DNA from: Octopus bimaculoides
Lineage: Eukaryota
Direction: 5' to 3'
DNA: 64,000 nucleotides
Assembly (NCBI RefSeq): GCF_001194135.2
Contig: NC_068988.1
Location: 94,209,644 to 94,273,643, forward strand
Shown piece after piece: positions 39,495-52,899 of this stretch. Both the position numbers and the translations under genes were made by a program. Numbering within the stretch: position 1 is the first letter of the stretch; each line of letters begins with the position of its first letter. The notes under the pieces were generated by a model. It did not search any database, was not told the DNA's origin, and saw only the letters and a program-made list of their open reading frames with translations.

Positions 39495-41185
39495 AGTGTG
39501 TGCGTGTATGTATGTATGTATGTATATAGAGATACACACTCGTACAAATATATTTGCACTTAATGTTTACACATACATAGTAATGTTTATATTCAGGTAT
39601 AAAGGCATAAATCAGAGTTACTACGAAGAGCCGTTTCACGCCTTATGAAACGGCATGATAAGGAGCCATAAGCGAGACTTCGAAGTCGCTGTCGCCTCTC
39701 AAGAAATAAATAAATCACTTGACTTTATTTTCTAAGTCCTTCAAACGGTTCTTGCCGTACATTTATAAGTAAACGAAGACTGTGTATACGTATGTTTGTG
39801 TACTTCTGCACACACACACATACACGCGCGCGCGCGTGCATATATATGTATTTATGTATACATATATATATATATATANNNNNNNNNNNNNNNNNNNNNN
39901 NNNNNNNNNNNNNNNNNNNNNNNNNNNNNNNNNNNNNNNNNNNNNNNNNNNNNNNNNNNNNNNNNNNNNNNNNNNNNNNNNNNNNNNNNNNNNNNNNNNN
40001 NNNNNNNNNNNNNNNNNNNNNNNNNNNNNNNNNNNNNNNNNNNNNNNNNNNNNNNNNNNNNNNNNNNNNNNNNNNNNNNNNNNNNNNNNNNNNNNNNNNN
40101 NNNNNNNNNNNNNNNNNNNNNNNNNNNNNNNNNNNNNNNNNNNNNNNNNNNNNNNNNNNNNNNNNNNNNNNNNNNNNNNNNATGTATATACATATATGGG
40201 CACATACACCCACACACGTACGAACACATGTAATTATGCAGAAGAGACATTCTTAAAATAGTTTCGCAGAAGAACCATCGACACAGAGCAGTAATATGAG
40301 ATATGTCAAAAGACGCGTGGATTCAGAAATACTTCTGTAGGCTACAACAATCAGTATGCTGTTCAAGACGGTAGCATACTGCGCGCAAGTACTGAATTTA
40401 ATTTCACTATATTTTTATACACTTTCTTTGTAGCTTCTGTGTATATTCTCAACTCTGTTGACAACAACGTGCCCTACCTGATCTGCATAATTTTGTAAAA
40501 CATTCACAATTCAAGTAATATTCAGTCTATATTTCTATCAGAGCATACTCATATTTTGTCATTCGAAGCTCTCAGTGTATTCAGCTATGAGCAACATAGA
40601 AATTATACCTCATGAATACATGCATTGACTGTGATATAGAATTCTTTTAATACATACTCCACTCATTACGCTCATGGTGGACTCAAAGAATCTGTTCTTT
40701 GTCATCTAAAGCTTTCTTATCCATAATATAAGCATATAAATCTTTAATCTGATCCCTAAGCTCTTTAGTTATCAGACGCTTTTGTTTTAATATGTGATTT
40801 GTTCGTTGGACAACTAACTGAAATAACTGGATAACTGTCGGCTTTGACACTAGGCATTCATTTGTTCCGTCAAGCAAATTACGTCTTCACTTAAACAGCG
40901 TATTCTTGGCTGAATATTCCACGAATATGTCTATTAGTTATGTAATTCTTAACGAGACATAATGTGACACGGCTGCGTTATTAAATTACAGGTACCACCA
41001 ATATGATAGGTTTCCATAGTTACCGTCAACTCGTTTTCGCTCAAAAGACTTCAGTTGAAACTAGGCTGTTGTGAAAGACATTCCTTCAAGACACCATGCG
41101 ATGAGTTGGAACCAAGAATCTTGTGATTGCGAAGAGAACTTTTTCACTACTCAACTACTTTACATTATAGCTTTTTCGGTTGAAT

Positions 41186-41223
<38 letters not shown>

Positions 41224-41429
41224 ACACACACACACANNNNNNNNNNNNNNNNNNNNNNNNNNNNNNNNNNNNNNNNNNNNNNNNNNNNNNNNNNNNNNNN
41301 NNNNNNNNNNNNNNNNNNNNNNNNNNNNNNNNNNNNNNNNNNNNNNNNNNNNNNNNNNTATATATATATATATGTAGATATCACAATATATAAAAATTTA
41401 TGCATGTAGTTGTTTTTTAAACATAGTAG

Positions 41430-41590
41430 TGAGAACCCAAGCTCGAAATTTCCCCAAGACGCTTGATTAAGGCTGGAGGGTATATCAACCGAAACCTTGT
41501 GTTAACAACAAACATGATGAGGACAAATATCCGCGAAGTATAAATTATGTAAATTATGTACATAATTCTTCATCTCTTAAATATGGAACT
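41430..41590 (+). mobile_element. Probable Penelope-like/retrozyme terminal repeat fragment
   Basis: Contains a degenerate minimal hammerhead fold (next feature) and the 16-bp palindrome aattatgtacataatt (41552-41567). Assignment rests on the known association of minimal HHRs with Penelope termini. Confidence 0.5.
41458..41503 (+). ncRNA. Degenerate minimal type I hammerhead ribozyme motif
   Basis: GACGC-UUGAUUA-A-GGCUG-(10 nt loop)-CAACC-GAAA-CCU-U-GUGUU. Stem I GACGC/GUGUU pairs fully, stem II pairs 4 of 5, and the core differs from CUGAUGA at 2 positions. Confidence 0.55.
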
Positions 41591-43167
41591 GAAATAATCA
41601 TAGTTAAATAAATTGTTAGAAAGAATCGACATATCTATATTCTTTTTTTTTTTACTTTCTTGAGTTCGAGAGAGTGGTACATTTAATCTGTAACAAGTTT
41701 TGGTTTCTAGGGCAACCATTTCACTTCTCGTATTTCTTGTAATAATAATCTGAAACGGGATGAACTACTTCCAAGCTCAACAATCGAGCAAATCTCTCAC
41801 TGGTATCCAATCACCGAATGACACTGAGAGAACAATGTAACTTGTGTTCACTTATCGATATTGCATACTTTATAAGATGTATTTGTGTAACATTTTACCC
41901 GAGTAATTTCTCAGAAATTTAACACTTATTTAATTTCTTGTCGCTCCAAATCTTTGGTAGTTAACGAAATTAGCAGACACACAAACGACGATTGTTATAT
42001 TTTCGTTTTGTTATTTTTCTTTCTCGCTGTCATTATGGTCGTCTGTCAATAGAACGGTGGACACCTTTACATAACTTGATTCACTCAACATTAGTATCAC
42101 TTATGACCTTTGGGCTTAAATACAAGGTAACAGATGAGAAAACTACGAAAACACCTTCACAGCCACCACTGAATTCATGCAGGCACTAGCACCTTAACAT
42201 AATTAACAGAAGTCCTCGGCCAACAGTTAACTACTACAGACAAGCAATAATATTAAAAGCTTCAACTATGCCACGAATATTAGCCTCTAATTAACGGAAC
42301 TTGCTAAAATAACAGCATTGATAGCAGTTATAAAATCAGTGGCTCTCTTGTAACAACAATGCACCAATGGCGACGACTCTGGTCAGCACAACGTCCGTTA
42401 ACTCTATTATTTGGCGGATACACGTAAATTAACGATTGAACAGAAATAAAAAGTACAAGAAAATATAGAAACGGATGAGCAATAAAAATTACAAGATTCT
42501 ATTCCCCTTCTCATTATAATAGCAGCTAATATGGCTGCTGTAGCTGTTGTTGTCTTTGAGGAAGTAAGGGGGCTGTTGGTCACGAATTTCTGCAAATCAA
42601 ATTTTGGCACTGCTGCCAGTGCCTAATACATTCACTTGTAATTTATCAATAGGGTTTAAATTTTCGGGTCTGTCTTGAAAAGAAAAAAATGGTGAGACAT
42701 TCACCAAGAATTGACATTAAATTTTTGAACGAGAATTTATCAAGTGACTGTCAATAGATTATTCTTACAAAGTAAATATTTTATGCAGCTTTTCAATATC
42801 TTCTTTTTATATTTCACTTATTTTATTAAATAGATAGAAATGACATCTTTTTGCAATGTTGATATTATCACTAACATTGCATGCAAGCGGTATTACATAT
42901 CTGTCAGCACACAAATTAAGAAGTAATAAAAATTAAAAAAAACTTTCAATTTTTTTCTGCTGTACTCTTTCCGTTATATATGAAGTTGACTGAACGATTA
43001 TAATTTGAGTGCCATTTAGTAAAAACAAATATATTTCAGTTCCAGACGAAATTAAAAAAATCCACTCCACCCCCACGGACCAACAATTTCTTGCTTGCTA
43101 ATCAACTATAATTTGAAATGATGCCTATTTATTGCTGTAATGGGGGATAGAAGCATTTGCATTGTTT

Positions 43168-43280
43168 TAGCCTTCAAATGACGCCACCCCGTTGGCTAGT
43201 CGAGCAGGCCAACATTGACCCCTGATCGAAAGGGGGACTGGAGAAACGTGAAACGAAGTGCTTTACTCAATAATACAACA
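43168..43280 (-). mobile_element. Possible fragment of a third SINE family
   Basis: ttagccttcaaatgacgccaccccgttggctagtcgagcaggccaac...gtgaaacgaagtgctttactcaa resembles recalled cephalopod SINE 3' parts. There is no second copy in the window to confirm it. Confidence 0.35.
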
Positions 43281-43569
43281 GCCTAACCACCAGGCCACTT
43301 CACAGAAGCCTATGTATTTTTACAAAATATCAAAATTAGTTGCCATCTAAATCAGATGTCGATCAAACTTAGAACATTGCATCCTTGTGAAAGTGTAGTC
43401 TAGTACCATTGAAAGGAATCATTGTCACCGCAGCTGCAGTAGCGAAGACTTGAATCAGAGAAATAAACAACACTTAACGATACACAATATTTTTAATGCT
43501 GAATTCAAACCTCGCACAAAAGGAGAAATTGAATAAAGATCTCCTGCATAGTTTGTTTGAAAAATATGG

Positions 43570-44360
43570 GATTGTAATAACTGAGATGATTTACAACACG
43601 GATTTGTTCATCTGTTCGACTGGAGGATTCTGGAGCTGCGAGGTATACTTCCCCGGCAGATGGCGTTGATAGTGGCCTTGGAACAGTGAGAACATTTCGG
43701 ATTGAGAGGTGGGAGGGAGTCAATATTTAACTTTTAGCCAGTCAGATCAGAGATACGTCAGGGTTACATTTGAGCTCTCACTGATACTATGGATGTTTAA
43801 GGAATGCTTTCTTTCACTAAACGAGGAAGTGGCACTACTTAGCCTCAAATTTTCTTTGGTTAAGACACAGATCCAGTTTTTCGCTGGTTTCCTGTGGGAC
43901 TTCATCTTGTCTGTCTCGGATGAGAATGTCGAAGTAGCTGGCTACTTCACTTATCACGGCAGTGAGATACATAGCATACCGGGCTGCAAGTCTCAAGTCT
44001 TTAAAATACTTTTGCATGCTGAAGCAGTTGTCGAGTTTGCATTCAACCAACAACTAAGATGCCTCCTGTTACTCGTTGGATGTCGGAGCGTCAGCTCAGG
44101 CAATTTAACCACGTTGCTCGGTTCTCCGACTTGAACCCTGCGTAAGATCTGGGGATCTTACTGCAGTGACGGCTTGTGTTGGTCGTCCACATACCGCATG
44201 GTCAAAGCGGATAAAGACGTATCTCTCGGAGGTGGAGAATGATCGGGACACTGCTGGGAAGGTTAGCCGAGGTAACCTGAGCAAATACCCTACAAACGGA
44301 GGACACAACGACGCGCTACAACGACGCATGACTCCCATACACGATCTGAATTTTTGTGTC
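43570..44360 (+). mobile_element. RTE-clade LINE, RT C-terminal half to 3' end, with deletions
   Basis: DWRILELRGILPRQMALIVAL; PVRSEIRQG; LNEEVALLSLKFSLVKTQIQ..ENVEVAGYFTYHGSEIHS; ERQLRQFNHVARF; VGRPHTAWSKRIKTYLSEVENDRDTA. Confidence 0.87.
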
Positions 44361-44987
44361 CGAAGAAACAATCTATAATAGTCTAACTTAATTTTTCAGT
44401 TTTCCAATATGTAACACTTTAATGTACAGACTCTTTAATTCAATACCAATATTATTTCTGACACTTGCGAGTAAATGTTTTCAATAACCATTAGCATTAA
44501 AAAAACAATTGAAATGTTCACACTATAAGGCTTTGTTTTGTTGTTGATTTTTCTTTTTGTTTCATGCGCTTTATTAGATCCCAGTGCACTCATCTTTAGG
44601 TGGATTATGTCGGCATAGAATATATCTCTATGATTAGTTTCAATAAATGTCATTGTTCCCAACAAAGATTTCAGTGTTCGTATCTAGCTGAGGGCGATAA
44701 GCATTCGTTCGTAAGAATAATGCACTTGAAAGATAGAAGAGAATGGACCTAACAAAATGCAATTCAAAATAATGAAACGTTGAAGACAAAGTTGACTGTC
44801 AAAAATTGTTCAGCGAATTTAGAAACGTATTTGAAGAGATCAGAGCTGGAAGCCAGACTGAAGATGGATTCCGGAACTTTTGTTCCGATATTCAAGATGT
44901 CCACAGCAGAATGTAACAGAAATAGATGAAAGCTGTTTGTGCTATGGTATTATGTGGTAGCTTTATGCAAGGTAGTAAGTTTGATTT

Positions 44988-45192
44988 GTGTGTGTGTGTG
45001 TGTTTTTGTGTGCGCGCGTGCTTACATCTGTATGTGTGTGTGCGCGTGCATGTGTAAGTGTGTGTGTGTTTGTATGTGTGTGTGTGTGTGTGTTTGTGTG
45101 TTTGTGCATGCACGCGTGCGTGCGTGCGTGTTTGCGTGCGTGCGTGTTCGTGTGTGTGTACGTGTGTGCGTGTTTTTGTGTGTGTGTACGTG

Positions 45193-45248
<56 letters not shown>

Positions 45249-45252
45249 TGTG
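44988..45252 (+). repeat. (TG)n/(TGCG)n alternating purine-pyrimidine tract
   Basis: Direct reading. Confidence 0.96.
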
Positions 45253-47169
45253 AACGGATAAGAGAAATGATCATAAAAATACGGTGAGCTTCAGTAGCCT
45301 CGCATTACCGTGAGATGATGGACAAATATTTTAATGGTGTCGTTTTCCCCCACAGATCATCCCCGATTGCGTCATTGATCACATTCCACCCATGGACATC
45401 ACGCTTTATATATTCAAATATAATATCACTAAAATGTACATATCACAATGTGCCTCCCTTTTTATTATTATGGTAGGATTTAATTTGAAAGATATTTAGC
45501 TGTTATTTCTAGCAGTTCTAGAGGCCATACAGAGGGGTCATTCGCTGGTTAATTGGTCGGTTGGTTATAATGACGTAATAATCATTAAGGATTATCTCTG
45601 TTAGCTTTGATCACGCACATCTACCCGATTAGATGCGATCCACGTGTTCATTGCGCCGTAATATTGGGGTTGAAGTTTTCACGTGTCTTCTAGTTTTAGG
45701 CTGGTTCTACAGCAATTAAGTTACAAATATTATTATTTAGAAGGTAAAAAGAAAACCACTGCAGGGTGTTCTCTCACAAACAAATCTAGAATCAGCATTT
45801 CACTTCACCACTTCAGTGTTATGAAATATGGCTGTAAGCAAACAATAATACAACAAAACCAATAGCTAAGCTACCACAACAATGCTGAATTACAACCAAA
45901 TTCTGAGAAAACAAATCTGTTTAACGTTGATGTCATTCTTCGTCGTTTTCCACTTCTTATCTGCCGTCTCAAAGGCGTCTCTGGTATTTGAAGTATCTGA
46001 GAACGGCTAATATCAAATAAATAAAGTTGAAACTTTGCTACATCTTCTACCTGATAAAATAGCGTAATATCGAAACCTCTTAGTATAATTCTGTCTGGAA
46101 ACTATTAACCGCCAATGTCTCACCAACACCCTTGTATATGGAGAAAAGATTATGTTCGCGATGGAACGATGGTCAAAAATATACAAATGATTATCTAAAA
46201 GATATAACGTTTTAAAAGCTCGGAAAAAGCATAAAAATTTCTATGTAAGATAATTGTAGTCAGAGGAACGTAAAAGAGCGTTGGCAAAAGTCTATGTCAG
46301 ACAACAAGGTGGCAAGAATGGCATTGGCTCAAAAATAAGTGCAACTATTAAATGGATGGGCTAAGCTCTTTCGAAATTTGATACCATCTTATTCAACTAA
46401 TTTTTATATTTGTTAGCCAATTGATAAAGGTTTCATAAAACTGGCCTTGCGTCGATTTTTGCTAATCTAATCGCATTATCTTACTGCAGATTCTACTCGC
46501 GTATTTTAGGATAACAACTTAAATAACAACAAAGTGCGCCACAACGACTATAAACAGTTGTTATTGGCATGATTGATGTTGCAGTAAAGCTCTCTGGGAA
46601 CATATTGTCTATTTATACAACTATTCTAACGCAGCTTGAATGTTACAGATACAGTGTCATTTGATTTACTGGAGGCTAAAATGTCCCTTATATCAAATCA
46701 CTTAAACTGACATAAATAGAGAACTAGACAAATGCAAGAGAGACGTGAAAACAGAGAGATTGTTGTGTGAATGAAAGAAAGCGCAGGAAACTGAGAAATA
46801 ATGCGAAAGATAGAGAGAAAGTGAGAAAGGAGCATGTGGATGCGTATACCAACTTAAATTTCTAAGATTATATATATCTCTTAGTTTGCTTCGTGTGCAT
46901 AACATATATATAAGAACAGCCGCGAGAAATTAGTCACAAAAGCCGGATGGAGGAAAACGTAATAATAAAATGGGTGCGAGCATAGTTGATGTAGTAAGAC
47001 AATTTAATTAATTAGTACTCAGAATAATCATTTAGGAAATTACAAATCTTGATTAAAATTAAATATAGAAGCTTAGTAAGAAGTAATTTTAATGTTTAGA
47101 CATAGAGATACAATTGCAGACATGTTTCGGTGCTATTAAACCTTTTTACCGAAGCATAGTGTAATATTT

Positions 47170-47390
47170 ACTCTATCTATCTATCTATCTATCTATGCAT
47201 GTTTCTATGTATGTATGTATGTATGTATGTGTGTGTGTATGTGTGTATGTGTGTATCTGCATGTGTGTATGAATGTATGTATGTATCTATGTATATATGT
47301 ATGTGTGTGTGCGTGTGTATGTATTTATTTATGTATGTATGTATGTATGTATATATGTATGTATGTATAAGTTTCTGTGTGTGTGTGCAA
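47170..47390 (+). repeat. (TCTA)n(TATG)n(TG)n compound microsatellite
   Basis: Direct reading. Confidence 0.95.
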
Positions 47391-50300
47391 ATACATAAGC
47401 ATATGCGCATATACATGTGATATTTATACAATATTTTCGACATATAAATGTGCTAAAGAAGTTTCGTGCACGATGATCTATAACATCCACTCCCTCCAGT
47501 TTACGATGCCTTGTCTAACACGCACCGACGCTAACTATTGACTCGACTAGAAAACGACAAATGACGATTAATTGACAAGAATTATTGGAAGGGCTTCTTC
47601 TTTGCGTCTTTCTTCCCTTTTTCAATTTTTTGTTCTTTCCTGGCTGCTCTTTATTAACTTTTTTAAAAAATGCCTCCTAATTTTATGAAATAACTGCTCC
47701 TTTTTATTCCACAAATTTGTATTCTAGAATAATAATAACATTTCCACGATGGTTGATAACTTTTATTTTTAACAGAGAAACATATGTGAATATGTAGCGA
47801 TTAAAGCTTAACCCTTATATATTTTTCCATATTCCTGTACTTGGCACAAACATTAGTGCCTCGTGCCTTCCTACAGCTTTGCACAATAGATTAGCTCCGT
47901 TATATTTACGTAAACTGCACAAATACTTTGACAACAGGTGAACTAATTGTGCAAAACAAGATTTTTGCTCACAGAGAATCATAGAACTAAGAGTTCATTG
48001 CAAAAGAGACATATTGTACACTGAGTATTGATTGCACGTTGTGAAATATTCAAAATTCTTACTTCTTACTCGATGGTGTTTGTCACTTTTGGAAACTATT
48101 TGAGTATAAAAGGACAGCATTGAGGAGCAGTGGTCTGAAATGGTGAAGGGTTGTGAGATCATTCATCATTATTAGCTTTGAGCCATGTTTTAGGCAATAC
48201 ATTTAAAGCAGCCATCCCTTAGGAAGAAGAATGTTGTGAAACAGAGAAATAGAGAGAGGAGTTGAGGCAGAGAAATAGAGAGAGGAGTTGAGGCAGAGAA
48301 AATGACAGACTGATGGATCATCTTCATGATGAAGTTGTTATGTGTGTTGGTGTTATTCATCTCCTCTCAGCCGTTCAGTGAAAGAGAAAGAAATAGAGCG
48401 AAATGTATGTAAAAATTAACTGAATAAACAGTTTAATGGAGGGAAACCTAATTGAAGATATTCAGTCAACACAGACGTTGAGTAAGATTTGTGTATAAGT
48501 TACTGGATAATTTTGGAATGGCTGACCAAGTGGTTAGGCGTCAACGAATTAATGAGTTAGGGAGCAACTCCGAGTTAGCGTGATTATTGTTTAATAGTGA
48601 GTTAGTGAGATTGTAAGCTAATGTTTGTAATTGAACGAAAGGAAGAAGGAAGCGAACGGCTAAAAGAGGCGAAATACTAAGAAAACAACAAAGAAAAGGT
48701 GGCGGAGGGTTTGGTGGGGAAGAGTAAACGTGAAACAGGTTTGGTTGTGTCACAGCGGTTGTCACATTTAAAATAGCAGCAAGCAGACCGATAAATAGCA
48801 TTAATTCCTCCCCGCAAATTCTCAAATTGGTCGGAATGACGGGGAAATTAGAAGAATAGAAGCTTCCATTGCTTCTCATTTATTTATCTTAGACTGATTT
48901 CGAAGATAATCGGTCAAATTACGCGAACTATCAAGAAGAATAAGTCTATAAAATGATAAATTTGTAGACGATGATGAAAAAATTCGTAACAAAAAAGCGA
49001 AATAAACGCTAAAATAGAAACCAAATTAGGAGAATTGTTGCAATAGTTGGGTGTCTAAATTGAGGAGCGAAAATTAGAGGAGAGAATCAAAATGGTGCTG
49101 AAAGAGAAAGAGATATTGATTTCGTTTGACTTGTCCCAGCACCAACTTTTACAAAGGATGTTGTATATCTCACTGAATGAAAACCAGTTTATTACTGGTA
49201 CTTATTTTGTCAGTTTAGAATTTATAGAACCAAAATCGATTAGTGGAGAAAAACTGAACCTAGAAGGATGTAAGGTAATCTCGCTAAAATTTCTCGCTAA
49301 AATTTCTCTCGCCATCACAAAGCGTGGCGGCTGTGCGTCTCACGTCTATTCCGAACGTAAACAGATGAATATAAATGTACGAAGGGGGGAAACGAGCGCA
49401 GCATGTTATCTGGCGTTTATCGCACCAAGGAGCAAGCCTGCAAATAGCTAGAAATAGCGTCTAAACATCTCTCGTATCACATCTATGAATCGATCGAAGT
49501 CATCGACATGTTTTCTAATATCAAAGAAAGCAAGTTAGTCATTATCATAATGAATGGGCGAGAGATCGAAGTAAGAAAAAGCATTAAATCAGTGGACTTG
49601 CATTTCGCATTTGGAGAAGCAAATTTAACAAGACCATCATCTTACATTGGACCAGGAATCCAGTTGTTGTACTTGAGAACTATGGCTCTCTGGGGGTACC
49701 TAAGGGATGGGGACTAGGACGAAGTTTGGAGTGGGATCGCTAATTTCAGTCTGAACTCGCCATCGAAAGTCACCAGGGGTGGTGAATGCTTACGTTGACT
49801 TTAGAATATACAACCGGGCATAAGCGATTATTTCCTGCGAAACCTATGAGACGATGCATCATATCTGTGTATCGCAACATTCGTCCTAAACCAGGAATGC
49901 CATGTTATGTTGGCAAACAATCTTTACTACAAAGTACTGTTGCTGAATATCTCTCGTTGTGAGATTTAAAAGTAGTAATTTTCTAAATCTCAGATATTTC
50001 GAGATTTAATTTATTTTACATAAGTTTAAGTAACCAAATGACTAAAGTTGAATATAGAGTTAAGAATAAAAAAAGTAAAAAATTAATCCTGAACATAAAT
50101 CAAACGATGTGTTAGATGCGATATCAAGAATATTGTATGAGAAACGTGGAATATTGGATCGCAAACTATAAGGAGGAAAAAAAAAAGAAGTGTTTCTGCT
50201 GGAATGTTGGTAATTATACGAAGAAGACAATAACAAAATGAGTTACATGAAAGATGACTTGCAAAAATTGACAAACACACCAGCATTGCCCATAGCAACG

Positions 50301-50522
50301 AGAACGAGACACTAAGATGTTAGTTACGCAGTGCAGAGTAGACGACAATCAGCTTTCAGCTCTGATGCATCAGTTTCGGCCTCTGTACACACGACAGATA
50401 CCGAATATCATGTGACTATCAATGCCTCAAGATATTAGCTCGTTACAGAAACTGGAAGACCGGCATGAAAATTCATTAAAGCATGCTAAACAAAGTTTAC
50501 GCAAGTATGTTCATGCGTATGC

Positions 50523-50570
<48 letters not shown>

Positions 50571-52815
50571 GTGTGTGAAGATAAGTAAGCATGTGAATGT
50601 GTATTAGTGTCGTTGGATTTGTTTTGCGCTTGTGTGAATATCTGTGGCAGAATAACTGGGCGTTGCACTTGACTATGACCTCAAAATAAGGTTTGGACAT
50701 GTGTGTACGATCCTGTATTAGATTGACACACTGTGTGTTAGTATGTATGCGTGTGTATATGTGTATGTTAATGTGTGTGTGGGTGTGTGTTAGTGCTTGT
50801 GTGTGTGTGTGTTGTATGTGTGTGCATACACAGTTATTGTATTCATTTGCTGTTTTCTTTAATGACATGATTATTCTTCCGCTGTACCTCTGTCTTTCGT
50901 TCCATCCCACCTTTCATTAAGAAAACAAATGGAATATAAATCTTTGTCAATGTCAATTTTGCACTTAACAATCTAATGCACATACGATGTTCCTTCACAT
51001 GCATTTATCCTCTCCACAGTGTCTTGTCTGTTGATTTCAAAGTATGTTAAAGTTTCTGCCGAATATTGTTCTTTGATCTATTGTTATGTTTTTTAATCCA
51101 TCATGATCCAAGTGTACTTAATTTTACTTTCTACAAGGCTGTGTTCGTGTAGTTATCAAATCAGTATTGCATATCTTGTAAATATGACCACATTCTGCAA
51201 CAATGTTTCGACTTGTTTAATCAACTGAAGCGCACAACTCGAGGTAATAAACATAGACAAGCCATGCCGTCATATTCGAGACCAGTCTATTTTAACGTCT
51301 TAGTTAAACTTATTAGCATCAAGTTATTATTAAACCGATATTTCAATTATCATTATTATCATAGATCAAGATAGCAATACGAACTTGAAAGTAGAAACTT
51401 TTTGTATATTTTACGCTCACTATAGTTTTATTATCTATTTTCATCAGTTTAAGAATTTAATAAGTCTATTCCTTATCACATTCAGCAAGATAACATTGTC
51501 TGTAAATTTATACATCATATATCACCCACCCCCACCCCCACCCCCACACAAATATATATGAGTACATGTACAAATCACAATTCGTATTTAATAAAATTAT
51601 ATTTGGGTATGTTATAGAATGGAAATCGGGATCCTAAGATGTCTATAATATGTAAAACTGTTACCCAAATGGTTAGCACTTACATCGTATCATTAACGCC
51701 GAGATATATCTTAGTTCCAACAACAGTTTTATAAATAAAGGCAATTGTTGGTAAAACATAGGAATGTATAGAAGCATTCACTATTTTTTATTGCCGGACT
51801 CTATTTATGTTTATTTTTGAGCCAGACAACCTATTGTATCACTCAAAAAGCTTAGAGTTACAAAATGAAATGGATAAAGTCCTTCAAACCCTCTCTGTAC
51901 TGCTTCTGTTCCTCTACGCTTGCTTCTAATTCAAAATTATTTAAACATTATCAAGTGTATTATAGGTAAACTTCCACCCCGCCCAAAAACCCCCCAGAAT
52001 AATAGCTAATCTCCATTCAGCGCCAAATATACAAAAATAGATATACTCTTTAGATTCATGAACATACACATATACACACACGCACATATATACACACATA
52101 TACATACATACATACATATATATATNNNNNNNNNNATCACAAAAACTGCTACTCAGAGTTTTACGTTCCCGTTCGTCGGGCATTTACACACACACACATA
52201 CACTTATATATGTATTATTACTGAAATAAGTGGAAATAACACAACCTACAAAAACACACAACCACTGTCACACATATAATACAAATAATTGTAACTTCTA
52301 CTTTTATAAGTCCTGTCGAATCATACCAAAGTTAATGTGACTTGCTAAAAATAGCAGAGAAGTTTTCCTCAAAGCACAGCAACAAATCACACCTTTCTCA
52401 TATCCCTGCTAAGCATACCTTTGATCAATGACGTTCTCATCCCGATAAAACCATCCATCCATCCTTTTTTTTTTCAAGCCTTAGGATATAATTTGTGGTA
52501 ATTCAGCTGCTGTATCTAAAAGGTCGAATAGTTAAGAAATACATACACATCGTAATGCTAGAGATGATCGTATATGTGGCACTCACCGTTCAGGTTTTTT
52601 TCTTTTTTGTTTGGAGTCTCTACACCCGACATCATTTAATCTTTTCATTCGCACTTATACACACAGGGTAAATAATTGGCATTGTAAACACGATACATTT
52701 GACACAAGATAGCTCTGTCTATTACGGTAGATTTCAAGGACGGTATTTTAAAAGCTTTCGTTCGTGTCATGTAATTTTAAACAAAATACCCCGTTACGAT
52801 ATATATGCGCGTGTC

Positions 52816-52899
<84 letters not shown>

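Noticed and set aside
40683-40877. 64-aa ORF with a helical-looking sequence
   Set aside because: No motif, and the flanking frames are full of stops.
48541-48879. ORF containing the signal-peptide-like MLFIGLLAAILNVTTA
   Set aside because: The downstream sequence is the low-complexity complement of a purine-rich strand, and no domain follows.
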